Shown here: piece by piece, positions 1 to 12,255 of the stretch
Numbering within the stretch: the stretch's first letter is position 1
Layout of the letters: each line of letters begins with the position of its first letter
NCBI RefSeq assembly: GCF_018350175.1
Contig: NC_058368.1
Location: 226,178,001 to 226,242,000, forward strand
Direction of reading: 5' to 3'
Length of the DNA: 64,000 nucleotides
Origin: Felis catus
Lineage: Eukaryota
Translations under genes and position numbers: made by a program
Notes under the pieces: model-generated
What the model saw: only the letters and a program-made list of their open reading frames with translations
Database searches by the model: none
Told to the model about the DNA's origin: nothing

Positions 1-132
1 AAGAGATAAATTTCAATACATCTGTATTTCTTACACTTGTACCTCATATGGGTTTTGCTGTATAAACGGAGATGCCATATTTATAACTGTTGGATGCTCA
101 TTGTGGCTTGCAATCTCTACAATTTTAAATAT

Positions 133-244
133 ATTTTTTTAAGATTTTATTTTTAAGTAATTTCTCCACCCGGTGTGGGGCTCGAACCCACAACCCTGAG
201 ATCAAGAGTCACCTGCTTCACCGACACAGCCAAGCAGGCGCCCC
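133..244 (-). mobile_element. Short (old-type) Can-SINE
   Basis: Antisense tail ttttaagattttatttttaagtaat, body ending caggcgcccc, degenerate TSD ctctacaattt on both sides. Confidence 0.85.
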
Positions 245-249
245 AGCAG

Positions 250-1330
250 CCTCTACAATTTCAAAGTAGCTATTTCTTATCGCAAGTGGCTACTTGTTTT
301 GAAGTCAATGTGTCTGAAATTTCCATCAGAATTCCCAAGTTTGTGTTGGTACTCACCTGGCATGACTTTGCCCAGCCGTTTATTTTCAACTTTTCTTCGT
401 CACTTTCATTTTACGTGTTTCTTCAATAGAGCCTATCATCTATTTTTTTCCCCCCTTGGGAAGCAGTCTGGAGGTTTTTTGTTTTGATTTCTTAATACAG
501 TGCCAATACGTATATTTATAAAATAGATGTGTTTGGTCTTAATTCTGTAATCATTTTATGTTTTTCTTTCTTTTATTAACTTTTATTATATGGTCTTAGT
601 TTAATTGTATGTTTTTTCCTCTTATTTGGAAAGTTCCTATCTGTTACGGCGTAACTCTTTTAGGAACAACCGTTATAACTGTACCTTCATAGATATATTT
701 AGTTAATTATATTTCTTTAGACAGTATCTATTTATGCTCCCTCCCAGGGCTCGTGAAGAAATAAGTATAATTCCACTTATTTCTACTTTCTATTCCTTCC
801 TTCTACCGCATAATTTTAGTTGATTATACTATATATTTTTAGCTATTCTCTATTTACCTTTATATTTTTAATGTACTTAAATTTCTTCTCCTCTTCCTTC
901 ACCAGATTTAAGTCTGGCATTTTTACCCTGGCTGTAAGAGTTGAGGCCGTTGGTACACTTTGCCTCCGCTATTTCTACGTGGTCACGGTGCATGCCATTT
1001 CCATTGTGTTCTAGAGCTGATGCTCACGGTGGCTTTAACTTTCGTTCCTTGCTTACGTGCAGCCAGGGATCACTACTAGTCATTTTGCTAAGGGTTTTTA
1101 TTTGTCTCTTGACTTTGTTTGCCTGAGGACTTTGGAGACCTTCTGCCATGTCTCAATATTGAATGTTGCTGGGGAGAAGCCCAAGGTTAGCTGATGTTTT
1201 TCCCTTCGAGATAAATTTATCTCTTTCTCCTAGCTGGTTGCCCAGAGGATTGTTCTTTATCACTGAAGTCTACGAACTTCATGTCTGTTGTTATATATCA
1301 AGTTTATTTCTGGCATCCAATGTATACTTT
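250..1330 (-). mobile_element. Highly decayed old L1 (L1M-type) fragments
   Basis: T-rich sequence resembling antisense L1M ORF2-start and ORF1 segments, e.g. tgttgctggggagaagccc...gattgttctttatc. Confidence 0.5.
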
Positions 1331-1619
1331 CAATCTGTTTCTTTATTTCTCAAAACATTTCCTTGAATTACATCTTCCTCCGTCCCTCCCTCTCTCTCTC
1401 CCTACTTTCTTTCTTTCTTTGTCCTATTTGCTCTCACTTTTTTTTTTGAGCCACCATTTGTACAAATATACTATCTGCTACCACTTTCCCCTTGAATTTT
1501 TTAAGAGCATATTACTTAATTTATAGATGAGAAACTGAGGCACGGTAAGAGACATGGCTGGCTAGGATTGACAACCATGTCTGCTTTCCCTGTGTCTTTT
1601 CAGATGAGCACCTTTCTTC

Positions 1620-1840
1620 CTATTTCGGATCTTTCCAAGTTTCTCCTTCCTCCCTCCCTTCCCCTTCCCTCCTTCCTTCCCCCCCTTTCCTTTCTTTATC
1701 CCTCCTTTCCCCCTTCTTTCCTTCTTCCTTCCTTCCATCCTTCCTTCTCTTCCTCCTTCCCTCTCTTTCTTTTCTTCACTCCCCCAACCTCTCTCTCTTC
1801 CTCCCTCTCTGCTTTCACTCTCCCTTTATTCCTTCATTCT
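1620..1840. repeat. CT-rich low-complexity polypyrimidine tract
   Basis: Degenerate (CCTT)/(CT) runs. Confidence 0.9.
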
Positions 1841-2279
1841 TATTGCCTTTGATATCTTTTCCCACATCTTTGCACTGGGGAACCTATTCGATATAATGTG
1901 ATTACCTGGGGTTTGGAGGATGGTGCTGGTTTGAGGGAGGGAGATGACGTGATCATTACGTAATTTAATCACACTTTCTAAGGAACATTTTATGCTCCAT
2001 ATGTAGACGTGGAGACCACTGGCCATTGCCAGCTGTGTAATAATTACTTTTCATCTGTCCCAAGATTTGAATCTTTCCAACAGTATTTTTGAGGGTGGGG
2101 GGTGGGAGGGGTGCTACATGATCTCATTTCTGAAGAAATACTGTTATTTATAATGTTTTCCTTTGAATCTTTCTTCTTAAATTGTGAATCCAAAAACTGT
2201 AGATGATATTCATAAAATACTATATGTGACCAGTGGGGTGGGGAGGAATTAATCTCATGTTTTACTTGTCATTTTAGGT

Positions 2280-2630
2280 TTCAATAATGTACTTGATTCT
2301 ATACACAGGTTTCTAATTCATGTTCAGTTTCTGGTCTGCTGACTCCTAGATCCGTTTCAGACACACCTACACTTGTTATCTATTACATTGTGTAATTAAC
2401 TTATCCTTGTTAATGACCCAACAGAGGTCCCTCTTACATCTTGTCTTTTTATTTCTGGTTACCTCAGCATTTAACAATGTCATTCTGAATTCATAAAGTC
2501 TCCTGATTTGGTAAAGGACCCAAAGCTGTTAAATTTATATACTGTCCAATGTGTAGCCACTGATGAAAAGATTATAAAATGCACCAGGTCGAGAACTGAC
2601 CTCTAAATTCACCCAAAGCTGTAACCAGTC
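2280..2630 (-). mobile_element. Ancient L3/CR1 LINE fragment
   Basis: Motifs tcatgttcagtttctggtc...cctagatcc and actgatgaaaagattataaaatgcaccaggtcgagaactgacc resemble the antisense L3 RT region. Confidence 0.5.
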
Positions 2631-2659
2631 ATTAAAAAAGTGAATTTATTGGTTGTACT

Positions 2660-2876
2660 TTTTTCAAAAAATTTTTAATGTTTGCTTATTTTTGAGAGAG
2701 ACAGACAGAATACAAGTGGGGGAGGGGCAGAGAGGGAGGAAGACACAGAATCTGAAGCAGGCTCCAGGCTCTGAGCTGTCAGCACAGAGCCCCATGGGGC
2801 TCGAAATCATGAACACCGAGATCATGACCTGAGTCAAAGTCCGACATTTAACCCACTGAGCCACCCAGGCGCCCCC
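2660..2876 (-). mobile_element. Can-SINE (feline SINEC)
   Basis: Full antisense SINEC body, ending ccacccaggcgcccc. Confidence 0.95.
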
Positions 2877-3386
2877 CCCTTTTTTTCCAAAAAATTTTTT
2901 TAAATGTTTTATTCGTTGTACTGATAAAATGAATGTATGCTTACTATAAAGAATTTGAAAATTCTGTGTGTGTTTGATATATCACCCAAAATCCTAATCC
3001 TGGAGGTACAACGATTACTTAGCATGGCTTTGTATTTGCTTTTAGTCTTAAATATACATACACACACATATAATTTTATTAAATTGCAGTCATGCTGTAA
3101 ACACCTAAAAGTTGGTATCGAGTTTTTCTATGTTGCTATGTTATCTCATTTTCTTAAATATTCTTCACATGTGTTTTTTGTAATGATCCACAAATTTTAA
3201 ATTATAAGGCTATTTTAAGGCTATACCCAAATTTACGTAGTCACTCTCTCATGGTTGAAATTCTTGTGTTATTAAATTTTGTACATATGCATAAATATTT
3301 CATTGAGATAATGTCCAAGAAGTAGAGTTAATAGATAGATGAGCATGAAGACTTTTTTGGTGCCAGGTTTTTGGTTTGTTTAAGTG

Positions 3387-3424
3387 ATTTTTTTTAATTT
3401 TTATTTTTTTAATGTTTATTTATT

Positions 3425-3472
<48 letters not shown>

Positions 3473-3633
3473 AAAGGGAGAGGGGCAGAGAGAGAGGGAG
3501 ACACAGAATCTGAAGCAGGCTCCAGGCTCCGAGCTGTCAGCACAGAGCCCGACACGGGGCTCGAACTCCCAAACCGTGAGATCATGACCTGAGCTGAATT
3601 TGACACTTAACCAACTGAGCCACCCAGTTGCCC
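3387..3633 (-). mobile_element. Can-SINE with expanded (GA)n
   Basis: SINEC body with (GA)~21 at about 3428-3470; approximate TSD tgttttaagtg. Confidence 0.95.
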
Positions 3634-3819
3634 TGTTTTTTAAGTGTTTTGTTTTGAAAAACTGGGGGTACAAAAATATAACACGAGTGTGAGCATTTCG
3701 AGGCCCAAGACTTGATGTGAGCCTGATGAGGATGGCTGGGCCGTAGTCCCTTTTCACAAGGAGTGTGTTTGAGTGGCCGCCTGCCTGTGCCAGCCTTAAC
3801 ATTTATATGAGTCTTGAAT

Positions 3820-4080
3820 TGTGTTGTCAATTTAACGTAGTAAAAACGACATTTCTCTGCCTTCATTTGTTTATCGCGTATCAGTAGAGTTGAGTAGATT
3901 GTGGATGTTTGTTAGCCGTATGAATTTTTTTTCTGTGAATTGTCTAAGGAGATCTTTGCCAAATTATCTGTTGGAGTATTAGAATTTTGCTTATTTCCTT
4001 TAAGCATTTTAAATATTTCAACATTCTTCTATCTCGCAGATACGTGTGTGTGCATGTGCACGTTACAATTTTTTGTTCCA
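3820..4080 (-). mobile_element. Old L1 ORF2 3' fragment
   Basis: Decayed match to antisense L1 (…ttctgtgaattgtct…tctttgcc…). Confidence 0.55.
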
Positions 4081-4086
4081 ATTTAG

Positions 4087-4575
4087 GTAGATTAGTTAGC
4101 TCGTGCTGTGTAACAAAACCCACCAAAACTCAGTGGCTTACAACGATAATCCTTTCTTATTGTTTGTTAGTCTTTGGGTAGTCTATGTGTTCTTCTGGCC
4201 TTGGCTGGATTCTCTCATGCCTCTGTGGTCCACTGTGGGGTAGAGAGACTCTTCTGCTGATTTTCGCCGAGACCTCTTACATTTAAGGCGCTGGCAGGCT
4301 GGCTGAGCTCTGGTGACCTGGACGAGGATAGCTGGGCTCTCTCTCCGTCTCTAGGCTAGCTTGATTTGTTCGAACGGCAGGGTTTGAAGAAAGGCTTGGA
4401 ACTGGTACACAGCTATTTCTGACATTCTTAGTGGCAAAAGTAAGTCACAGAACCAGACCCGATTCAAGGGATGGTGAAATGGACTCTTACCTCTTGATGG
4501 AGAGGACCGCAAAAAATACGTTGCAAAAGGCAATGGCAGGAGTGCTTAACCTGTGGCTATTCTTCTGGTTATCCT
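4087..4575 (-). mobile_element. MaLR LTR (MLT1 family)
   Basis: gctgtgtaacaaaacccaccaaaactcagtggcttac…aagtcacagaaccagacccgattcaaggg…ctcttgatggagagga are typical MLT1 motifs. Confidence 0.75.
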
Positions 4576-6495
4576 CAGTAGGTGCATAGTTTCTTGGTGG
4601 TGGCGGGTTTTGTTTTTATTTTTTTACTGGATATTTTTAGGATATTTCTTCATCCTTTTGTTTCAAAATGATGTATTCAAGAGACAGTCAACAAATAATT
4701 TTGCTTTTTTCAAGCACAGGGAAGCTTTTTTTTTTTTTCCAGGAGGCTTTTGATGATTGCATCAATTCCTGTTCCTCATAATGCCAACTGTTTCCTGCAC
4801 TGCGGGTTTTGATTGGCCTGTTATGTCTTCTAATTTCCTTGCAGTTATTTATCTTCATCCCTGTTCTAGCTGGTTGTTTCTGTCTGTTCCTACTGACTTT
4901 TCATCTGAGGACTGCCTCTCGTTGTTTCTAATTCCAGTTCTTGCAGGGCATACCTTCTTTCATATTTCTGAAGCTTCTAAGAAGTCTCCTAAAATGTTCT
5001 TTGGGTTCCCTTCATAAGACATCAGCTGTCCTACCCTCAATCTCCAGGCTAGCACACCACACTGTATTATCCTCTGACACTTTGAATTTTAATCAACCAC
5101 ATCCAAAGGCAGCCCCTTGTTTGCCTGTTACTCAAACTTTTTCCATATCCTAGCACTTTGCTTGTAAGAAAACATTCCTAATACAACCAGGTTTCCATGT
5201 TCAAGCTTTCCAACACTGACTCATCTTTTTCCGGCAACCCCGACACTGGAGGAAGGTTATGAGCGTCACTTTAAGGAGGAAGAAGTCAAAGATAGATGCA
5301 AAATGGAATCTCCTAGACCAGCAAGAAATGGAGCCCCCAAAGAGGCACTAAATTGGACAAGTAAGACACACATAACTGGCCTGAAGATTGATAATATCAG
5401 CCATCCAGATGACTGCTCATCACACTTCGTCCCTTCTCCTTCTCAGCTCACTATCTCCTCTCATTCTCTTTGCTCTTGGGCCATGTAAACACCTTGAGAA
5501 TAACTATTTTCTACTTGGTTCCGAACATGGCGGCTAATCTGCTCTGTAGGCGAGGGGAGGAGCTGCCCCTGCTGTATTCTCCCATATCCCCTGGGTAGCG
5601 TCCCCAGCCACAGTTGGGGTGCTCTGAGCTCCTGCCGTGGGGCTCTGGATCAGGGGTGAAAGGAATCGTCTGTAGCTGGCTTGGACTGTACTCGAGGAAG
5701 CAGTCAGTGGCTTCACATCTGCTTTTCTTATCGGATCTTTCGATGTCAGTGAATTTTACCCTACCTTCCGCCATCCCTGGCTTAATTACTGTAGCTCTCT
5801 TTTAACTGGTGCCGCATCACCGCTATTTAATACCTCACATCAGAAGTTGGCAGAAATTAGAACTGAGTAGGAATTTTAGGGGGAAAAAGGACATATATTC
5901 TAATTCTTAAGCACAAAGTAAAATGCGCTCTTTAGGTTGTCCTTTGTGAAATGGCAACATTCCCAGAATATTTGAACTGACAAGGATCTGATAGATCATC
6001 AAGTTGAACCGGAGGAACCTGGGCCCCAAGAAGGTTGGGACTGATTCATTCATGATTCCAGAGTGGGGAACTGAAAAACAGGATTTACACCAAGATCCCC
6101 TTAATCTGTTGCCTTTTATTGTTTACCTACCCTCCCAGGTCTTCACGTTGCTCTGCTGATAATATTGCGTTTTGTTTTAGATTATATTTTTCCTTCCTTT
6201 GCTACTCCCACAGTACAATTTTTTCACCATTTTCCTGGGTATAATTATACATTTGTCTATTTATTATATTTCAAAGTTTAAAATATTTCCGGAATCTCTT
6301 TCTTGTTGTCTAGAAATCCATCCATAACAAACTGTCATTGGCTATTTTCTGCTTCCCTTTCTCCGTGCAAGGTAATTCTGATGGAGATTATGTTACTACT
6401 TACTGAACCAAATACTATGTGTTCCATGATGGTTGTTCGCTTTCTTCCTTACAAATTAATTAGGAATTATCTCCATTAGGATTAGAATTTTGAAC

Positions 6496-6609
6496 TTTTT
6501 TTTTTTAAGATTTTATTTTTAAGTAATCTCTATACCCAACATGGGGCTTGAACTCACAACCTTGAGATCAGGGGTTACACGGTCTACCGGTTGAACCAGC
6601 TTGGTGCCC
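6496..6609 (-). mobile_element. Short (old-type) Can-SINE
   Basis: aagattttatttttaagtaatctctat…ggtgccc; TSD tagaattttgaactttt at 6483 and 6610. Confidence 0.9.
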
Positions 6610-6626
6610 TAGAATTTTGAACTTTT

Positions 6627-6855
6627 TATTTTATTTTATTTTATTTTATTTTATTTTATTTTATTAAGTTTATTTATTTTGAGAGACAGAAGAGCATAAG
6701 CAGGGGAGGGACAGAGAGAAGAACAGAGAGAGAATCCCAAGCAGGCTCCCCACTGTCATTGCAGAGCCTGATGTGGGGCTTGAACTCACAAACCGTGAGA
6801 TCATGACTTGAGCCCTAATCAGGATGCTTAACTGACTGAGCCATCCAGATGCCCC
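6627..6855 (-). mobile_element. Can-SINE with (TTTTA)n tail
   Basis: SINEC body; TSD ttgaacttttt repeated at 6856. Confidence 0.92.
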
Positions 6856-7424
6856 TTGAACTTTTTAAAAAGAATTACTTTTGACCGTTGAGGCACTTGC
6901 CTTAATATTACATGTGGATTCATGTTAATTTGCCCCTCCCTTCTATTTACCTCTTCATGCTATCCTTGTTAAGTGGAATAATGAAGGTACTGCTGGCTCT
7001 AAAATGCATTTTTAAAGGCATGTGTAAATATTCATCGTTATTTCATCTATTTCAAATGAAGGATCCAGCAGATCATATTTGCATGGTAAATTAACATGAG
7101 CCTTCAGGCATATGGATTAAAATAAATTTTGCCAGATAGGAAAGGATTCAGGAAGTGAATTTCAATGAGCAGGGAAAATGCGGTGTCTCTTAAACATATC
7201 TGGAGATAGGCTGTCATCAGCTTCTGGTTCCAACTCTGGAAGTGATACTGGGTTGATTTGTGAGTGGTGACGATTGTCTTCTACCCTAATAACTACAAGT
7301 TAGGAGCATATGGTCAGCATCTCTGATGTCCTTTAATAGTGCCTTCTTGATTGTTTCCATCTATGATAATGTTACTGCCTTTTGCCCTTTTATGTCTGTT
7401 TCTTTCATGAATATCATCATCAGG

Positions 7425-7426
<2 letters not shown>

Positions 7427-7480
<54 letters not shown>

Positions 7481-7533
7481 ATATATATATACATTTATCT
7501 ATATCTATATCTATCTATCTATCTATCTATCTA
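7427..7533. repeat. Compound (TA)n/(TCTA)n microsatellite
   Basis: Seen directly. Confidence 0.95.
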
Positions 7534-8701
7534 ACCAGAACCAAGGAGGTTTTCTTTTCCAAAGAGTGACTTGTCCTCTGTCTAGTAGCATCCCTGCATT
7601 GACTGTATTCCCTAACAGCCCACGGGTCTGTATAAACCTTCAAAACAACAAAACCACTTCTAATGCCTAAGTATCACAGGCACGACATTTTGTACCACAA
7701 TATTCTAATTTGTGAGCATATTTAGCATAGCAGAAGTATTCAAGTTCAAGGTCTGTGCACATTCAATCTCACTGAAGAGCTTATGATCTTCCTTGGCTAG
7801 AAACAGGGGCTAATGGTTAATAAATATTTAATAAAAATGTGAACACACTATTATATGTGTGTGTCGATCCCCTAGAATTTATGGTATTTTCATCTGTACC
7901 ACAGTTAATATGAATTGTTAGCTGAAAGGTAGATCACATTTCTGAAACTGAAGCTAGATATAATTATTGAATTTATTAACATGTGATTTTACCTGTATTT
8001 ATATAATGCAGTTAGACAAAATCTTGGGAACAATAGTTACCTCTCATTTGCTCTGTAACTGATGAAATATTACGTCTATTATTTGCAAAGGAAATGTATC
8101 TTAAAATGCTAAAAATGAGGAGGCATGGAAATTTTAGCCATCAGCCATATTGGATTTCATAGCACAAATTTGACTGCATGCTCTTTTTTTATTTTGATTT
8201 ATTTTTCTTTTGGTCCTTATCTCACGGATAGGCATTCCTCATTCTGTAACATATCCACAGTGCCATGTAGAGATAAAAGTAGGTGGGGACAGGTGTCATA
8301 AAATCACCTTAAGATGAATTATGTAGCTCAGTGGAATGAGTGTCCATTGGAAATCACTCATTCTCTGTTGAAATACCTGGAATAAAAAAAAAACCCTCAA
8401 GCAGAGCAATGCAAATATCTTATTCAATTCTACATTTAACTTTTATAAAACCTTTTCTGGAATTGCTGAGACTTAATGTAAAAATAAAATATTGCCGAAC
8501 CAGCGAGTTGTTTGAAAAATAATTTACTGAAGACATAATGTGAATGTAAAATAACCCTAAGATAAATATTTTACATATCTTTATTAGGCCATCTTTATAT
8601 TAAGTAAAATTAAATTTGACGTAGCTATTTCAATATAAAACACTTGACTGAAAAACTAAATTTTCCCCTTGTAAACGGTGACTTTAAAAATTGTTTATTC
8701 T

Positions 8702-8912
8702 GGGGTGCCTGGGTGGCGCAGCCGGTTGAGCGTCCGACTTCAGCCAGGTCATGATCTCGCCGTCCGTGAGTTCGAGCCCCGAGTTGGGCTCTGGGCTGAT
8801 GGCTCGGAGCCTGGAGCCTGCTTCCGATTCTGTGTCTCCCTCTCTCTCTGCCCCTCCCCCGTTCATGCTCTGTCTCTCTCTGTCCCAAAAATAAATAAAA
8901 ACGTTGAAAAAA
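8702..8912 (+). mobile_element. Young feline Can-SINE
   Basis: CpG-intact body (gtggcgcag…cagccaggtc…ctgggctgatggctc); perfect 16-bp TSD aaaaattgtttattct at 8686-8701 and 8913-8928. Confidence 0.97.
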
Positions 8913-9290
8913 AAAAATTGTTTATTCTAATACATTGCTTTATAGAAAAAAAAATGAAGGGCCCAAAGTATGCGCTAGAAAAAGCTTTCCTGAGCCATAT
9001 CATGAAAATATAACCAAAGAAACATTGGTAGTAGTGTGAAAATAATAGAAAACATTCCTAGCTATTCCACAACTTTAAATACCTTTACATGTCTTTGGGC
9101 AGTGGGACATATACGATTATATGAGCAAGACATCTGACTCCAGAAATGAGAAAAAGTAGTGTGCCGAGATAAGCAGTGGAGAACCAGCTCATGTCAATCA
9201 CGTGCCAAGTGCATGAACTGTGGCGAACAGTTTATAAGTTCTGCATTGCCACATAAAGGACTGCATGATGATATTAAAGTTCGTCTTCTC

Positions 9291-9500
9291 GGGGCGCCTG
9301 GGTGGCTCAGTTGGTTGAGTGCCTGACTCTTGATTTTGGCTCCGGTCGTGATCCCAGGGTCATAGGATCTAGCCCCCAGTTGGACTGCATACTGAGGGTG
9401 GGGCCTGCTTGGGATTCTCTCTCTCTCTCTTTCTATCTCTCTCTCTCCCTCTGGCCCTCTCCCACTCATGCTGTCTCTCTCTATAAAATAATTTTTAAAA
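9291..9500 (+). mobile_element. Can-SINE (older subfamily)
   Basis: ggggcgcctgggtggctcag…gggattctctctct. Confidence 0.92.
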
Positions 9501-9798
9501 GAGCTTATTTTCTAATCAATGCCTGCCAGTCAAGGGTTAATGGGACTTCTTTGTGTAAAGACATAAACGTGGAGAGGGGAGGGGTTTTACATACAAAATA
9601 AAAGAGACTATTTTGTAAATGAAAACAACAAGGCACAAAAATGAATATCTGAGGCTTAGATATCCATCTGGAATTGATGTTTTATGAATCACTTGTATGA
9701 ACAGATGGCCAAGCTTGCTCACATTTTTTTCAAAATGTTTGAATATTGGATCAGTTTTTTTATGAGCTCTGAAATACGCATTGGAAAGTGGTGTTTTT

Positions 9799-9851
9799 AC
9801 ACACACACGCACACGCACACACACACACACACACATACACGCACACACACA
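9799..9851. repeat. (CA)n microsatellite
   Basis: Seen directly. Confidence 0.95.
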
Positions 9852-10489
9852 GTTTGGCATATAACCAGCGAACTCTAGTTCATTCCAAGGAAGTTATTTC
9901 TTTTGTTAGGGCACATTCTTTGTTCAGAGACTTTCCCTACACCACCTTCTCTAGGAAAGATTATCTTCTCAGGCCCCATCAGCTTAGAATTACATAGGTG
10001 GTGACTGAAATCAAGAGCATTTGATTCTGTTTTTCTGGCTCTCATCCCTCCTTCCTATAATGGGACCCCAAGTGGCTTCATACTCTTTCCTGTATATTTC
10101 TGGGTATCCCCAGGGACTGTCACTGGGCCTGAGTGTGCCTTGGCAGTTAATGGCTGTTCAGCAGTTTGAAAAGCTGTGCAGAAGTACCCAGGTACAGCCT
10201 CTTGTGCCCACATTTGGACTGCCTGCAGATAGGCGCTGTTTCCGGCGTCCCTTCACCCCCCCCCCCCAGAGGTATGAGTACTGCCCAGTCATCCACTAGA
10301 GATCAGATGCACCGGGCAGGCTGTTTCTGTTGGCCTGCACGTTAGTCAAGCTGCGTTGTACCTGGAGTCTGACTAAGAGGAAATCCTTACTTTCTCTTCT
10401 TGGCAAGCATTGCCCGATAGTACTGCCTTGTGTCTGGGGTCTTATTGAAATTTCAATAAAGATATTAGCCTTTGAAATTACATGTAGCC

Positions 10490-10830
10490 TGCATCAGCCC
10501 TGGTAGGAAACAGGGGGATAACTCAGTGGGTTTTGTGGGGGGGATGGACAGGGTCAGGAGAACCAAAAAGAGGTAGGAGGTGGAGAATTCCCAGAGTGCT
10601 TTCGGAGCTGTAGCTGTTGCAGAGATGAGCTCAGGATAGCAGAATAGAGCCACTGCCATGTTCCTGATCAGATGGGGAGGGAGCAGGGGGGAGTAGATAC
10701 TCTGACTTCTCCGCTTCTGCCCTCTGACTTCATCCAGGTCCCTCCCATTGACCCCATCCATCCAGGAGCCAGACGGCAGGGGAGCTAATACGGTTTCATA
10801 AAGAACAGGGAAGGAAAGGACAGAAATGAG
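10490..10830 (-). mobile_element. Old ERVL-type solo LTR (LTR16/LTR33-like)
   Basis: ctcccattgacccc…ccaggagccagacggcaggggagc resembles the ERVL LTR core motif. Confidence 0.5.
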
Positions 10831-11400
10831 ATCTGGAGGGGCGAATGATGAGTGTTTGGCACATTGCCTCTCCTCCCCTCCCCCCCCCCCCCCCCCCCCC
10901 CCGTCCCATGCCACACTAGCTTATGGGTCTTAGGAGCTGGGTTTGAGCATACGTTTGCAAAGAAAGGGAAGGAAAAGAGACAGATAAACACAGAAGATGA
11001 CTTTATGGCTAGGCCCGGTGTGGCTGGCATCTGGTCACTCATATCCTATTGGCCACTTAGTCACATGGCTCTAACCTGAATGCAAGGAAAGGCAGGATGT
11101 TTGAGGAGTATGTGCCTGAATCCCAACGATGAACATAACCTAGAGTGAGTTGGGACTCCTTACCCAACTGTTAACTGAATACTCAGCCCCCACTCAGCCT
11201 CCATTAATTCCTGTTGTCGTACAAATTTTCACCATGTCCTGTGAAATGTTTAACTAGTTTACTCTAGATATGCTACTTTAATGATCTAATTTTAAATATT
11301 ATGCGCTTTAATTATTTACATTATTCATTATTTGGAAGAACCAGGGGAGATTTTTTTTTTTTAACTGAGTTGAGATAATGTCAGTATATAGGTTTATGTT

Positions 11401-11617
11401 GTTTTTCTTTTTTAATGTTTATTTATTTTTGAGAGAGAGAGAGAGAGTGTGAGCATGGGAGGGGCAGAAAGAGAGAGGGAGATACAGAATCTGAAGCAGG
11501 ATCCAGGCTCTGAGCTGTGAGCACAGAGCCTGATGCGGGGCTCGAACTCACAGAACCGTTAGATCATGACCTGAGCCGAAATTGGACACTTAACTGATTG
11601 AGCCACCCAGGCACCCC
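11401..11617 (-). mobile_element. Can-SINE
   Basis: Full body; TSD ataggtttatgtt at 11388-11400 and 11619-11631. Confidence 0.96.
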
Positions 11618-12035
11618 GATAGGTTTATGTTATTAAAGATTTATAGTCCTTTAAAAATATCCCTCCCAAATATTAATTAAAGGGAATATTAATGTTTTAA
11701 TCAAGTTTTTAATTTGACTCGTTGTAAAATGTTCATGCCTATTACAAGCAGATGCTAACCAAAGCAGGACCTTTGCAAGATGCCATTTCTTACGGTTGGA
11801 ACAAACAATGAAGGGTATTATGGGGAACAGGTAATATGACAAATTGATTTAATGTCAGTACTTTCAGAATCTCAGCTCTGTAACTAGAATCTCAACTCCA
11901 CATTTCTCCTACAAGAGAAATTCTGAATATTTGAAACCAAATATCTAGGACCAAAGAGAAGTCCAGAGGGAGAATATATAATTTCGCTTTCCTTGCCGTA
12001 GGAAATATACCATATAATGCTATTTTTTCCCATTC

Positions 12036-12255
12036 TTTTTTTTAATTTTTAGTGTTTTATTTATTTTTGAAAGAGAGAGAAACAGAGTGTGAGTCGGGGG
12101 AGGGGCAGAGAAAGAAGGAGACACAGAATCCGAAGCAGCCTCCAGATTCTGAGCTGTCCGCACAGAGCCTGACAGGGGGCTCAAACTTGTGAAGCACGAG
12201 ATGATGGCCTGAACCAGAGTCGGATGCTTAACCGACTGAGCCACCCAGGCGCCTC
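12036..12255 (-). mobile_element. Can-SINE
   Basis: Full body; approximate TSD tttt(c)cccattctt. Confidence 0.95.

Noticed and set aside
2664..2864. Recurrent 'MAQSVKRPTSAQVMIS…' ORFs, here and in many other SINEs
   Set aside because: Translations of the Can-SINE consensus, not genes.
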